Source: Alphaproteobacteria bacterium
GTDB lineage: Bacteria > Pseudomonadota > Alphaproteobacteria > UBA8317
DNA length: 64,000 nucleotides
Direction: 5' to 3'
Assembly (NCBI GenBank): GCA_038131935.1
Contig: JAYPQH010000032.1
Location: 179,302 to 243,301 of the forward strand
Below the pieces are notes generated by a model. That model was not told where the DNA came from. It searched no databases and saw only the letters and a list, made by a program, of their open reading frames with translations. Position 1 is the first letter of the stretch, and the number at the start of each line of letters is the position of its first letter. Below, one piece after another: positions 1-9,802 of this stretch. Made by a program: the position numbers and the translations under genes.

Positions 1-646
1 ACGCGGCACGTCCAGCATCACTATCCAAGCCTCCACCGGCCATAATGAGTGGACGCTTTGCCTTCGCCAATAAAGCTGCTGCCTGTTCCACAGCCTCAGG
101 GTCAACACCGGGCCGAGCAACTGGCATCTTTGGCCAGATTTCTTCAGGCAAATCATCAGCGAGCATATCCTCTTGCAGGACAATCACCACAGGGCCTGGG
201 GTGCCTGATTGGCTATCATGAAACGCGCGTGCAACCACTTCAGACAGCTGCTCTGAACGCTCAACCTCCCAAACTTTTTTGGCCATACCACCGAAAAATT
301 GCTCATAATCTACTTCTTGGAAAGCGCCTCGCCCTCTTTCTTCTCTTGAGACTTGTCCAATGATCAGCACAAGCGGGACAGCATCTTGTTGCGCCAAATG
401 AACCCCTATGGATGCGTTCGTAGCACCAGGACCCCTACTAACCGCGACAACACCAGGTTTCCCCGTCAATTTTGCGTCAGCTACGGCCATGAAGCCAGCA
501 CCGCCTTCATGGCGACAAGCAACAACTGAAATTTCTGTATCATGTAAGGCATCTAACAATGACAGATAGCTCTCACCTGGAACACAAAAGATTCTATCAG
601 CACCTTGTTGTGATAATGATTTGGCCATTAAGTCTGCTGCACGCAT
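1..646 (-). CDS. ThDP-binding protein, acetolactate synthase large-subunit-like (5' part; runs off the window edge)
   Basis: Manual translation from ATG 646: MRAADLMAKSLSQQGADRIFCVPGESYLSLLDAL...CRHEGGAGFMA...SRGPGATNASIGVH...GQV...RGAFQEVD. AGGAG RBS upstream. Absent from the ORF track because it has no stop inside the window. Confidence 0.9.
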   Translation of the reverse strand, partial: MRAADLMAKSLSQQGADRIFCVPGESYLSLLDALHDTEISVVACRHEGGAGFMAVADAKLTGKPGVVAVSRGPGATNASIGVHLAQQDAVPLVLIIGQVSREERGRGAFQEVDYEQFFGGMAKKVWEVERSEQLSEVVARAFHDSQSGTPGPVVIVLQEDMLADDLPEEIWPKMPVARPGVDPEAVEQAAALLAKAKRPLIMAGGGLDSDAGRAA

Positions 647-708
647 GGGCGGTGTCTCCTTTTGGTGGTAAATGCCAGAAAAATACTGGGCGCGACAAAA
701 AACAGTAA

Positions 709-737
709 TTGACGCCAAGCATGATACGCGAGATGCT
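709..737 (+). promoter_or_regulatory. Putative sigma70 promoter for the TAXI-TRAP operon
   Basis: TTGACG (709-714), 17-bp spacer, GATGCT (732-737) keeping the -11A and -7T; about 80 bp before the ATG. Confidence 0.4.
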
Positions 738-739
738 GT

Positions 740-752
740 TTCGCAAGCTGAA
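740..752. promoter_or_regulatory. Candidate operator TTCGCA-N3-TGAA, copy 1
   Basis: TTCGCAAGCTGAA at the predicted transcription start; same pattern recurs at 8105-8117. Confidence 0.4.
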
Positions 753-814
753 ATTCAGCTTTTCGATGTTTTAACCAAAAAAACACGAAAAACATTCATA
801 GGGAGAACAGTATA

Positions 815-1987
815 ATGATAAAAACTTTTTCTGCTTTGGTAACGGGTTCAATGCTGTTAGCCACCACGGCTTTTGCTGGTGGTCATGGCGTAGATCTACC
901 AAAACAACTTGCTTGGACGGCATATGGCACAGGATCAGCAGGATACAACCAATCCGTTGCTATTGGCGCAGCACTAAAAGATGCAGCTGGTGTAAGCCTT
1001 AGGGTATTACCTGGTAAGAATGATATCGCCCGCACAGAGCCTTTGAGACAGGGTAAAGTGCAATTCTCAGCGACCGGTGTGGGTGGGTCGTTCATGGCTC
1101 AAGAAGGCGTCTTTCAGTTTGGCGCAAAAAATTGGGGCCCACAGAATGTTCGGGTATTGATGGCAAACAACGGGAGGACAGTAGGTCTGTCTACGTGGAT
1201 TGCTGCCGACATCTGTGAAAAAGTTGGAAAAGCTGGCTGTGATGGATTCGAATATTCTGACTTGAAGGGCATGCGTGTAGCATGGGTTAAAGGTGCACCA
1301 GCCCTCAATGTAAATAACGAAGCCTATCTTGCATATGGTGGTTTGACCTGGAATGACGTCCAAAAAGTTGAGTTTGGTGGATTTGGAGCCAGCTGGAAAG
1401 GACTCATCAATGGCGACGTGGATGCTGTTTTTGCATCAACGAATTCTGGCCGCGTGTATGAAGCTGAAACAGGTCCTCGTGGTGTTTTCCTGCCACCTAT
1501 CGATGCCAACAATAAAGAAGGACTGGCAAGAATGGCTGCCATCGCACCTTTCTTCTCGCCTATGATGGCCAAGGTTGGCGCAACTATTGACGGAAAGCAG
1601 CCACGTCCGACCGCTGGCTATGCCTATCCGGTGCTTACCGCAATGGAAGGTCAAGACGAAAACCTTGTCTACAACATGACCAAGGCCATGGTAACCTTGT
1701 TCGATAAATATGACGGCAAAGCCCCTGGGATCTCAGGCTGGGCACAAGAAAAACAAAACTACAAGTGGGTTGTTCCTTATCACAAGGGCGCCGTAAAGTT
1801 TTGGAAAGAAATGGGCGTTTGGAATGATGAGCATGATGCACATAATAACAAACTTATTGACCGCCAAAAAACACTCCAAAAAGCTTGGTCAGATCTAGCA
1901 GCAACCAATCCAAGCGATTGGGAAGCAGCGTGGCAGAAAACACGCCGCGACGCACTTCAATCTGGTGGCTTTGAGGTTGTTTTCTGA
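815..1987 (+). CDS. TAXI-family TRAP transporter solute-binding protein
   Basis: Signal peptide (AFA|GGH); WTAYGTGSAGY, LRVLPGKND, DLKGMRVAW and VVPYHKGA motifs; followed by a fused TRAP permease. Confidence 0.9.
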   Translation: MIKTFSALVTGSMLLATTAFAGGHGVDLPKQLAWTAYGTGSAGYNQSVAIGAALKDAAGVSLRVLPGKNDIARTEPLRQGKVQFSATGVGGSFMAQEGVFQFGAKNWGPQNVRVLMANNGRTVGLSTWIAADICEKVGKAGCDGFEYSDLKGMRVAWVKGAPALNVNNEAYLAYGGLTWNDVQKVEFGGFGASWKGLINGDVDAVFASTNSGRVYEAETGPRGVFLPPIDANNKEGLARMAAIAPFFSPMMAKVGATIDGKQPRPTAGYAYPVLTAMEGQDENLVYNMTKAMVTLFDKYDGKAPGISGWAQEKQNYKWVVPYHKGAVKFWKEMGVWNDEHDAHNNKLIDRQKTLQKAWSDLAATNPSDWEAAWQKTRRDALQSGGFEVVF

Positions 1988-2014
1988 TTTCCTTAACTTT
2001 TTGTTTTTTACAAA

Positions 2015-2041
2015 ACCCCATCTCTTTTTGAGAGATGGGGT
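2015..2041 (+). terminator. Stem-loop after the SBP gene (terminator or mRNA stabiliser)
   Basis: ACCCCATCTCT-TTTTG-AGAGATGGGGT, 11-bp perfect stem. Confidence 0.65.
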
Positions 2042-2064
2042 CTCACTGCTTCACGAGGTTTGTG

Positions 2065-4022
2065 ATGGACGCTCAATCTAACACCGAAAACAAGCAACAA
2101 CAGGCCCACTCTGGGATATCACAGCTTTTCATTATTATGTTGACCATTTCCGGCGTGTTATTGGCTGTTCATCAATTATTTAACCTACAAATGTTTAATA
2201 TTGTCCTCATCGAAGGACGTTATCTATATCTTTTAGGGGCGATATTTTTATCCCTTACTTTTGTTTGCTTTCGTATCAACGGGGAAAAGACAGCTCCGGT
2301 TCCTTGGTATGACTGGACATTGGCAGCCATGGCAATTGCGGTCATGGGATATTTTGCAATCACGGCGGAAATAAGCCTTGATAGTGGGTGGGAATATGCA
2401 GCGCCTTTTAATGCTGTCGTGGCTTCAGTCTTAGGTTACTTCCTGATCCTAGAGGGCACACGTCGGGCTGGTGGTAATACAATTTTTTGCTTTGTACTTC
2501 TCTTCTCACTTTACCCCACTTTTGCTGATATGATGCCTGGCCCTATTGAAGGATTCCCTCTCCATTTTTGGACGTTGTTCCTTACCATCTTATCTCTTCT
2601 GAAAGTTCATTCGGCATCCCTATGCGTGCTTTTGGAAATCTTGTCATTGGCTTCATTCTCTTTGGAGCTTTGCTGCAAAAAACAGGAGGGGGCGCATTTT
2701 TCAATGACCTAGCACTCTCTTTAGTTGGTCGCTTCCGCGGTGGTGCTGCTAAGGTTGCAATTTTTGCCTCTGGTCTTATGGGATCAATGTCTGGCTCCGT
2801 CATCTCGAACGTTCTCACAACTGGAGCATTTTCTATACCAGCCATGCAGCGCACAGGTTTTACAAAGAGATTTGCAGCAGCAACAGAAGCTTGTGCCTCC
2901 ACCGGTGGCGTTCTGATGCCACCTATCATGGGCGCCACGGCATTTATCATGGCATCATTTCTTGCGCGTCCCTATTACGAAATCGCACTTGCAGCTGCAT
3001 TGCCTTCTATTCTGTATTATTTTGGACTTTTTGTTCAAATCGATGCTTATGCTGCAAAACATGGACTCAAAGGTTTGCCAGCTGAAGATGTCCCCAAAAT
3101 GGGAAGGGTGTTGAAAGAAGGCTGGCTTTATCTAACTGTATTCGGGGTTTTAATATTCCTCATGATGGTCATGCGACAAGAGGCTCTTGCACCATTTTAT
3201 GCAGTTGTTTTGCTTCTTGTTATCAACCAAGTCATCAAAAAATATAGATTTACCCGAAAAAGCTTTGCACAACTTGTTGTCTCTGTTGGTGAGGGACTCT
3301 CAGAACTTACGGCCATTTTGCTTGGCGTTGGCCTTATTGTTGGAGCATTTTCAGTAACCGGCCTAGCAGGAACATTGGTGAATGACATTGTGTTTATCGC
3401 GGGTGACTCTGTCATGGCGTTATTGTTTATGGGTGCTTTAACAGCATTTATTTTTGGCATGGGTATGACGGTTACCGCTTGTTACATTTTTCTTGCAATT
3501 GTTCTCGCACCAGCACTCGAGCTAGCAGGTCTGAACACGTTGGCTGTGCACTTGTTCATTCTTTATTGGGGCATGGTGAGTTACATCACCCCACCGGTTG
3601 CATTGGGCGCATTCGCAGCCGCAACCCTTGCGGGAGCCAAGCCATTGGCTACTGGTTTTGAAGCTATGCGTCTAGGAGGGACCATTTATATTGTTCCATT
3701 TTTCTTTGTGTTAAACCCCGCTCTTGTAGCTGAAGCACCAGCTTTGGAAGTTCTGTTTGTTTTTGTAACGGCTGTTATTGGGGTCGCACTTTTAAGTATG
3801 GCACTACAGGGCCATACTGGGATTTTTGGTGCATTAGGTAAAGGTGTTGTTTCCATCATCAATCGCACCACCTTGTTCATTGCTGGACTCTTTTTTGCAA
3901 TGCCGGCCAGTGAATTTATTGGTTTAGGCCATTGGGAACTCTCTGGAATTGGACTTGTTCTTTCAGCACCAGTCTTATTTCTATCTCTGAAACGGCGTAA
4001 CGCAATGTTGGCTCAAGAATGA
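2065..4022 (+). CDS. TRAP transporter fused 4TM/12TM permease (frameshift near 2565)
   Basis: ORFs 2035-2712 and 2568-4022 join; GRFRGGAAKVAI, ASTGGVLMPPIMGATAF and ITPPVALGAFAAA motifs. Confidence 0.9.
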
Positions 4023-4800
4023 ATGAAGCTGAAAGGATGGAAAAAGACCGTAAATTTGTGTACGCGCTGGCTCGTGGGCTTGATATTTTAAAGGCCTTTA
4101 GCCCCGATGAAGCTGAATTGAGTAATCTTGAGCTTTCAGAAAAGACAGGGTTACCAAAACCCACAGTATCACGTTTCACCTACACACTCACTGAGCTTGG
4201 TTATCTTGTTACAGCACCAAGAACTGGAAAGTTCAGGTTGGGCCCTCTGGTTCTATCATTAGGCTACACAATGCTCGCCTCGGTCGACTTGAGAGAGCGC
4301 GCGAAGCCATTTATGGATGACATTGCGCGTCGTGATCATGTTACTGTTGCCTTGGGAACACGAGATAAACTTAGCGCTGTATATATCGAGGTTTCCAAAG
4401 GTAGCCAAATCATCACAATTAGCAGAAATGTTGGCTCTAGGCTTCCCATACATAATACCGCGATGGGAAAGCCCTTATTGCTGCATTACCTGCAACAGAG
4501 TATCAATATCTCTTGAAAGCCCTCGCAGAAAAATTTCCAGAAGATATAAGAGCAATAGAAAAATCTTTGGAAATGGCTCGCGAAGACATTGAAAAATACG
4601 GATTTTGCACATCCATTGGAGAATGGATTAAAGATGTGAATGCTGTAGCTTCACCACTATTTTCAGCAGACCGCAACGAGATTTACGCCATCAATGTAGG
4701 AGGACCTTCATTCATGATAAATCAAGAGCGACTATGCGAAGAATTGGGACCAAGATTGGTAGATGTTGTAAAAGCCCTCACGCCAAGCGCATTGACATAG
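4019..4800 (+). CDS. IclR-family transcriptional regulator (frameshift near 4470)
   Basis: N-terminal HTH (ALARGLDIL...TGLPKPTVSRFTYTL); GSRLPIHNTAMGK; C-terminal GEWIKDVNAVASP in ORF 4513-4800. Confidence 0.92.
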
Positions 4801-4818
4801 TCATAACAGTCAAAATTT

Positions 4819-4838
4819 GTGAGGGGCCTCCCCCTCAC
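4819..4838. terminator. Hairpin between convergent iclR-like and ggt-like genes
   Basis: GTGAGGGG-CCTC-CCCCTCAC. Confidence 0.65.
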
Positions 4839-4846
4839 TATTAGAT

Positions 4847-6448
4847 TTAACCCAAAACCAAGGCCATGCCATCTTTGCGCGGATCAGACCCAGCCACATA
4901 GCCGCCTCCAGGTAAGGTTTGGATAAGCTGAGCTCCACCGAATCCAAGCCCCTCTGACCATGGAATTATTTTGATATCATGACCTGCATCACGCAAAGAT
5001 TGAACGAGGCTTTGCGGGAATGCCTCCTCAACTTCTACCTGATTTCCCTCCATAAATCTCCATCGAGGCGCATCAATTGCTGTCTGAACATCCTGCCCAA
5101 GGATTTGTGTTCGCACCAACATTTGCAGATGTCCTTGTGCTTGCATAAAAGCACCCATCACACCTGTGGCCATTCTGAGTCCGTTTGCTCCTGTAATAAA
5201 CCCCGGAATAATCGTATGGAACGGCCTTTTCATGGGGGCAACTTCGTTTGGATGTCCTTTTTCCATGGTAAAATTCGCACCGCGATTTTGGAAATGTATC
5301 CCCGTTCCAGGAACAGATACACCCGATCCCATTCCCATATAATTTGATTGAATAAAAGACACCATCATACCATCTTCGTCAGCAGCACAGAGATACACAG
5401 TACCACCGCCACCAGGCTTACCAGCCCCAAACACTTGAGCACGATTTGGATCAATCAAAGCTGCGCGTTCTGCTCCATACGAAGGATCAAGAAGCCGCGC
5501 TGGGTCGAACGCCATGTAATCAGGGTCTGCTACATGTGCAAGCAAATCAGAGAATGCTAACTTCATGGCCTCTATTTGAAGATGCGTTCCGCGCCAATCT
5601 TCACCGTCCCATTTGTCAAACGAGGTATGCTTTAGAATGTTTAGCGCGATGAGCGCAGCAATACCCTGTCCATTGGGCGGTATTTCATAAAGTGTGGTCT
5701 CACCAAAATCCATCTGCAATAGATCAACCCAATCTGCCTGATGCGCCTCTAGATCCGCAGCCGTCATACTCCCACCGGTTTCTTTCGCAAACGCAATGAT
5801 TTTGGCAGCCAATTCACCTGTGTAGAAATCCTCTCCTTGCGTCTTTGCGATGGCCCTGAAGCTGTCTGCCATACCGCGGTTTATAAAACGCTGTCCCACA
5901 TTTGGTACATGTCCGTTGTCTGTGAACATTTCAATGAAACCTGGTTGATCACGGAGGATTTCATGATCACGAGACCATAGTTTTTGCACAACAGGTGTCA
6001 CAATGAACCCCCGCTCCGCTTGCGAAATAGCATCTTCAAACAATGACTCAAACGGTAGCTTTCCAAATTTTTGCCACAATGCTGACCATCCACGTACAAC
6101 ACCTGGTACTGTGACCGCGTCCCAACCTCGCTTTGGAATACCACCTTTGGCATCAAAAAACTCCCTTGTCCACGCGGCGGGTGCTCGGCCAGAGGAATTC
6201 AAACCATGGACCTTCTCACCATCATGTACAATCGCAAAAGCATCCGAACCAAGACCACAGCCCGTAGGCTCAACCAGTGTTAACATAGCGGCCGTGGCTA
6301 TGGCCGCGTCAGCTGCAGACCCACCCTTTTCAAGGATACGCAATCCTGCCTGCGTTGCGAGGTATTGTGACGTTGCCACCGCTGCACGCCCAAATACGGG
6401 CGTTCGCCTTGTCATGGTCACTGGGTAATAAGGGTAGTTTATACTCAT
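4847..6448 (-). CDS. Gamma-glutamyltransferase-family Ntn hydrolase (YwrD/HpxW-like subgroup)
   Basis: ATSQYLA, VEPTGCGLGSDAF, EIPPNGQG, nucleophile GG|TVYL, SFIQSNY, KRPFHTIIP, GVMGAFMQAQGH, SDPRKDG. Confidence 0.9.
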   Translation of the reverse strand: MSINYPYYPVTMTRRTPVFGRAAVATSQYLATQAGLRILEKGGSAADAAIATAAMLTLVEPTGCGLGSDAFAIVHDGEKVHGLNSSGRAPAAWTREFFDAKGGIPKRGWDAVTVPGVVRGWSALWQKFGKLPFESLFEDAISQAERGFIVTPVVQKLWSRDHEILRDQPGFIEMFTDNGHVPNVGQRFINRGMADSFRAIAKTQGEDFYTGELAAKIIAFAKETGGSMTAADLEAHQADWVDLLQMDFGETTLYEIPPNGQGIAALIALNILKHTSFDKWDGEDWRGTHLQIEAMKLAFSDLLAHVADPDYMAFDPARLLDPSYGAERAALIDPNRAQVFGAGKPGGGGTVYLCAADEDGMMVSFIQSNYMGMGSGVSVPGTGIHFQNRGANFTMEKGHPNEVAPMKRPFHTIIPGFITGANGLRMATGVMGAFMQAQGHLQMLVRTQILGQDVQTAIDAPRWRFMEGNQVEVEEAFPQSLVQSLRDAGHDIKIIPWSEGLGFGGAQLIQTLPGGGYVAGSDPRKDGMALVLG

Positions 6449-7157
6449 GTTCCGTGGCTCTCTCTTGTTGTTCGAATTTCAATATGCTTCACCATATTGG
6501 GTATTTCTACCAATCGGTCCACATAAATTCCTGGTAAATGAATATGGTCAGGATCAAGACTTCCAGCAGGAACAATTTTTTCGACCTCAGCAATACATAC
6601 ACGACCACATGACGCAACATCTGGGTTAAAATTCCTTGATGTCTTTCGAAAAATAAGGTTCCCCGCGGTATCTGCAATTGATGCCCGAATAACAGAAACA
6701 TCAACAGTTATCGCCTCTTCCAAAATATATTCACGGCCATCAAAAACTCTTGTTTCCTTACCTTCAGCGACCTTGGTACCTACCCCTGTGGGGGTATAAA
6801 ATGCGGGAATTCCTGCACCGCCAGCACGCATTTTTTCAGCTAATGTTCCTTGTGGGGTAAAATCACAAGCAATCTCGCCCGCAAAATACTGCCGTACGAA
6901 CTCAGGATGATTACCGGGATAAGAGGCAATTGCTTTTTGATATGGCCTGCTTCAAGAATTAACCCTAAAGCTTTTCCAACAGCACCGGCATTGTTCGCCA
7001 CAACCGTAATATCTTTGGTGCCCTTCTCATGTATCGCAACGAGCAGATATTCTGGTGTGCCAACCAGACCAAATCCACCAACAGCCATACTCATTCCATC
7101 AAAAACAACATCCTCTATCGCTGATGCCGGACTTTCATAAATTTTTGCCAAAACCAT
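6445..7157 (-). CDS. 3-oxoacid CoA-transferase subunit A (frameshift near 6935)
   Basis: DGMSMAVGGFGLVGTP, NNAG; after restoring one base in the A-run: SYPGN...TPQGTLAEKMRAGGAGIPAFYTPTGVGT...HLPGIYVDR. Confidence 0.9.
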
Positions 7158-7199
7158 CTCCTTGTAATGATCAAAAATCGTAACTTCAAATGGATTACT

Positions 7200-8003
7200 T
7201 TAACTTCCAACCCGCAGAGGATTTGTCAAACCACGCAAGCAGGCAATAAGACTTAACGAAGTAATCTTGCCAGTCCCTGGGTTTTCTTCTGTAGGTATAT
7301 TTTCAATACTCATTTGCAACTTGGCAGAATCTGAATCAACAACGATATGGTGGGTGTTGCGCGTCAGAGCAGGATCAGCCCAAATCTCTAGCTTTGTGAG
7401 ATCCGGCCCAATACCAGCCAATCCTAATGCTGCAGCCACATTCACGTTCGCTGGAAACGCCGCGGCTCCTTCTCGTGCGGTCCCTTTGAAAACGCACGTC
7501 GCCTCCTCCAGCATATCAACATCTATCCCTATTTCACGAAGGTAAGGGGCTTTGCGTAGAGACATTGGTGGCTTACGGGTAATCATCGTTACCTCATAAA
7601 TCTTTCCTTCTGCCGCCGCACGAACAGCATCAAAACCAAGCAACGCGCCGGTTGCCAGAATAATTTGCCCCGCTGATTCATGAGCCATGGCAACTATTTC
7701 AGGGTGTGCAAGAATACCAGCTCCACTCACAGTCACCAATTTCTTGCCATTCTCTAGGGTAGGAATTGCGATGGAGGGGAATGCAGCAGTGGGTGCACAA
7801 TCTACCACAACATCCGCATGATCAGCTATCTGGTTGTTATCAACGCATGGAACATCGAGACCATGCTTTAACAAAAACTCTTGTGCTTTCTCCTTCTGAC
7901 CTGAGCTCACAGCAACAAGTTCAAAGTCCTTGAGATGACCCTCGACAAAAGAAGACACAACTTTACGACCAATTGTACCAATACCTGCAATAGCGATTTT
8001 CAT
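7200..8003 (-). CDS. L-aspartate dehydrogenase (NadX-like) homolog
   Basis: GIGTIG Rossmann motif, GALLGFD, TRKPP, FPANVNVAA, ADP...NTHHI, ENPGTG. Confidence 0.85.
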   Translation of the reverse strand: MKIAIAGIGTIGRKVVSSFVEGHLKDFELVAVSSGQKEKAQEFLLKHGLDVPCVDNNQIADHADVVVDCAPTAAFPSIAIPTLENGKKLVTVSGAGILAHPEIVAMAHESAGQIILATGALLGFDAVRAAAEGKIYEVTMITRKPPMSLRKAPYLREIGIDVDMLEEATCVFKGTAREGAAAFPANVNVAAALGLAGIGPDLTKLEIWADPALTRNTHHIVVDSDSAKLQMSIENIPTEENPGTGKITSLSLIACLRGLTNPLRVGS

Positions 8004-8104
8004 CCAAATACACTCCTCGTGACAACGCTTCCTGATCCACGGTCAAAATCGCGCTGACAGACAATAAAAGTAGGGCGGGTCGATGTGATCTGTTGACATC
8101 ATGC

Positions 8105-8117
8105 TTCGCATCATGAA
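8105..8117. promoter_or_regulatory. Candidate operator TTCGCA-N3-TGAA, copy 2, inside a putative promoter spacer
   Basis: TTCGCATCATGAA between TTGACA (8093-8098) and AACGCT (8116-8121). Confidence 0.4.
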
Positions 8118-8194
8118 CGCTTCTTGCAGGCTTGACAACCAATTGCTTAAGTCTTTCGACTAATATAACGCGAAATCGAAGTTTGGGGAATCAA

Positions 8195-9174
8195 ATGATG
8201 AAGAAACGAAATATTTTAGGTCTTGCTGCAGCTTTGTCTATGGGTGTGGCTGGTATATCCTACGCTGGGGGCCATAGTGCGGACATTCCATGTTCCACAG
8301 CGAAGTTAATCGTGCCTTGGGGTGCAGGTGGCGGAACGGATGTAATTTTCCGTCAAATTGTCGATGTTGCGAATAATCAAGGGATGAAACCGCAACTTCA
8401 GGTGGTTAATGTTGGAGGGCAAGGTGGTAACAAGGGTGCCAAGCAAGCCGTCGCAGCAAAACCTGATGGTTGCACCTTGTTCGCGATGCACCAAAGCGCC
8501 ATCACAAGTTACCTAACAGGACGTGTGAATTTCACTTGGGATGGGTTTGAACCTATTGCATTGATGACAAATACTCCATCAATCTTTGGGGCTGCAGGAA
8601 ATACATCATACAGCAATCTCAATGAGTTGATTGCAGAGATCAAGAAAAACCCAGGAACAGTAACTGCTGGTGCAACCTTGGGCTCTACGTCGCAAGTTGT
8701 TTTTCTTCTTACAGAGGACGCTACAGGCGGAAAATTCAAGTATGTGTCGTACGACGGAACCAAACAACGTATGACTGCTCTTCTGGCAGGCAACATTCAA
8801 GTTGGGGAAATCAATCTTGCAGCTGCAAAGAAATATATTGAAACAGGTAAACTCAAAGCGTTGGGCGTCATGTCAAACAAGCGTTTATCTGGGCTAGACG
8901 ATATCCCAACGGCTAAGGAGCAAGGGCTTGATGTTGTTTTTGGTGTGGAACGCGGTATCGTTGCGCCCAAGGGAACATCTGAGGCAATCGTTAAGCATTA
9001 TGCTGCAGCATTTCAAAAAGCCGCTTCTGACGAAAAGTTAATTGCAAGCATGCTCTCAAAGGGACATTCCTCGAATATGTAGGACCCTCAGAATATACTG
9101 CAAAGTTGGATGAAACCACCAAAAAGTGGACCACCATTTTCGATGGCATGGGTTTGCTAAAGGTGAAAAACTAA
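8195..9174 (+). CDS. tctC: Tripartite tricarboxylate transporter substrate-binding protein (TctC/Bug family; frameshift near 9060)
   Basis: Signal peptide (SYA|GGH); IVPWGAGGGTD, NVGGQGG, AKPDGCTL, IPTAKEQG, APKGT; corrected C-terminus ends at TAA 9172-9174. Confidence 0.9.
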
Positions 9175-9227
9175 ACAAGACTATAAAAAATTACCTTGGA
9201 ACAGAGGTGACATAAATTTTATGATAG

Positions 9228-9255
9228 ATCAGGGGCTTTTTAGCCCCTGATTTTT
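9228..9255 (+). terminator. Intrinsic terminator-like hairpin after tctC
   Basis: ATCAGGGGCT-TTTT-AGCCCCTGAT followed by a T-run. Confidence 0.7.
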
Positions 9256-9292
9256 CAGTTCTCTTTTTAACTTGACGTGGGATGCGTGATCC

Positions 9293-9796
9293 ATGAATCG
9301 TGATTTTTGGACAAGTTTGTTTTTGATATTTTTATCATTCGTACTGTATCGGGAAAGTACGTTCATTGAAGATGTTGATTATGGGAGTATGAAAGCTGAT
9401 GTCTGGCCAACCTTCTTGGTCATGCTGCTGGTTGTTTTATCAATATCTATGCTTGTGAAATCCCTAATGGAATACCGACAGGCAACGCAAAGCTCCACTC
9501 AAGACAATGAGAATGCTGAACAAACAGATTCCGTCACTGGTTGGACTTGGTTGATCAACCCAATGATAGTTTTTGTTCTATTCTTTCTATTCCTCATCAC
9601 CTTAGATTACCTTGGCATGCTCATCGGAGGTATCTTTTTTACGTTCATTACGATGACATTATTGGGGCAAATATCATGGCGGACTGTACCTATCTATTTT
9701 GTAATTTCAGTGATTAGCATCTCAGGGATGTGGGCAATTTTCACCTTTGGCTTACGCGTTATGTTGCCAGAGGGCGTACTTTTCACTGTTTGGTGA
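9293..9796 (+). CDS. tctB: Tripartite tricarboxylate transporter small membrane subunit
   Basis: Four hydrophobic segments, WP motif, C-terminal LRVMLPEG; lies between tctC and tctA. Confidence 0.85.
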   Translation: MNRDFWTSLFLIFLSFVLYRESTFIEDVDYGSMKADVWPTFLVMLLVVLSISMLVKSLMEYRQATQSSTQDNENAEQTDSVTGWTWLINPMIVFVLFFLFLITLDYLGMLIGGIFFTFITMTLLGQISWRTVPIYFVISVISISGMWAIFTFGLRVMLPEGVLFTVW

Positions 9797-9802
9797 GGAA
9801 TA

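Noticed and set aside
49-363. ORF 49-363 and the many short antisense or overlapping ORFs in the track
   Set aside because: They lie opposite or inside well-supported genes and show no recognisable motifs.
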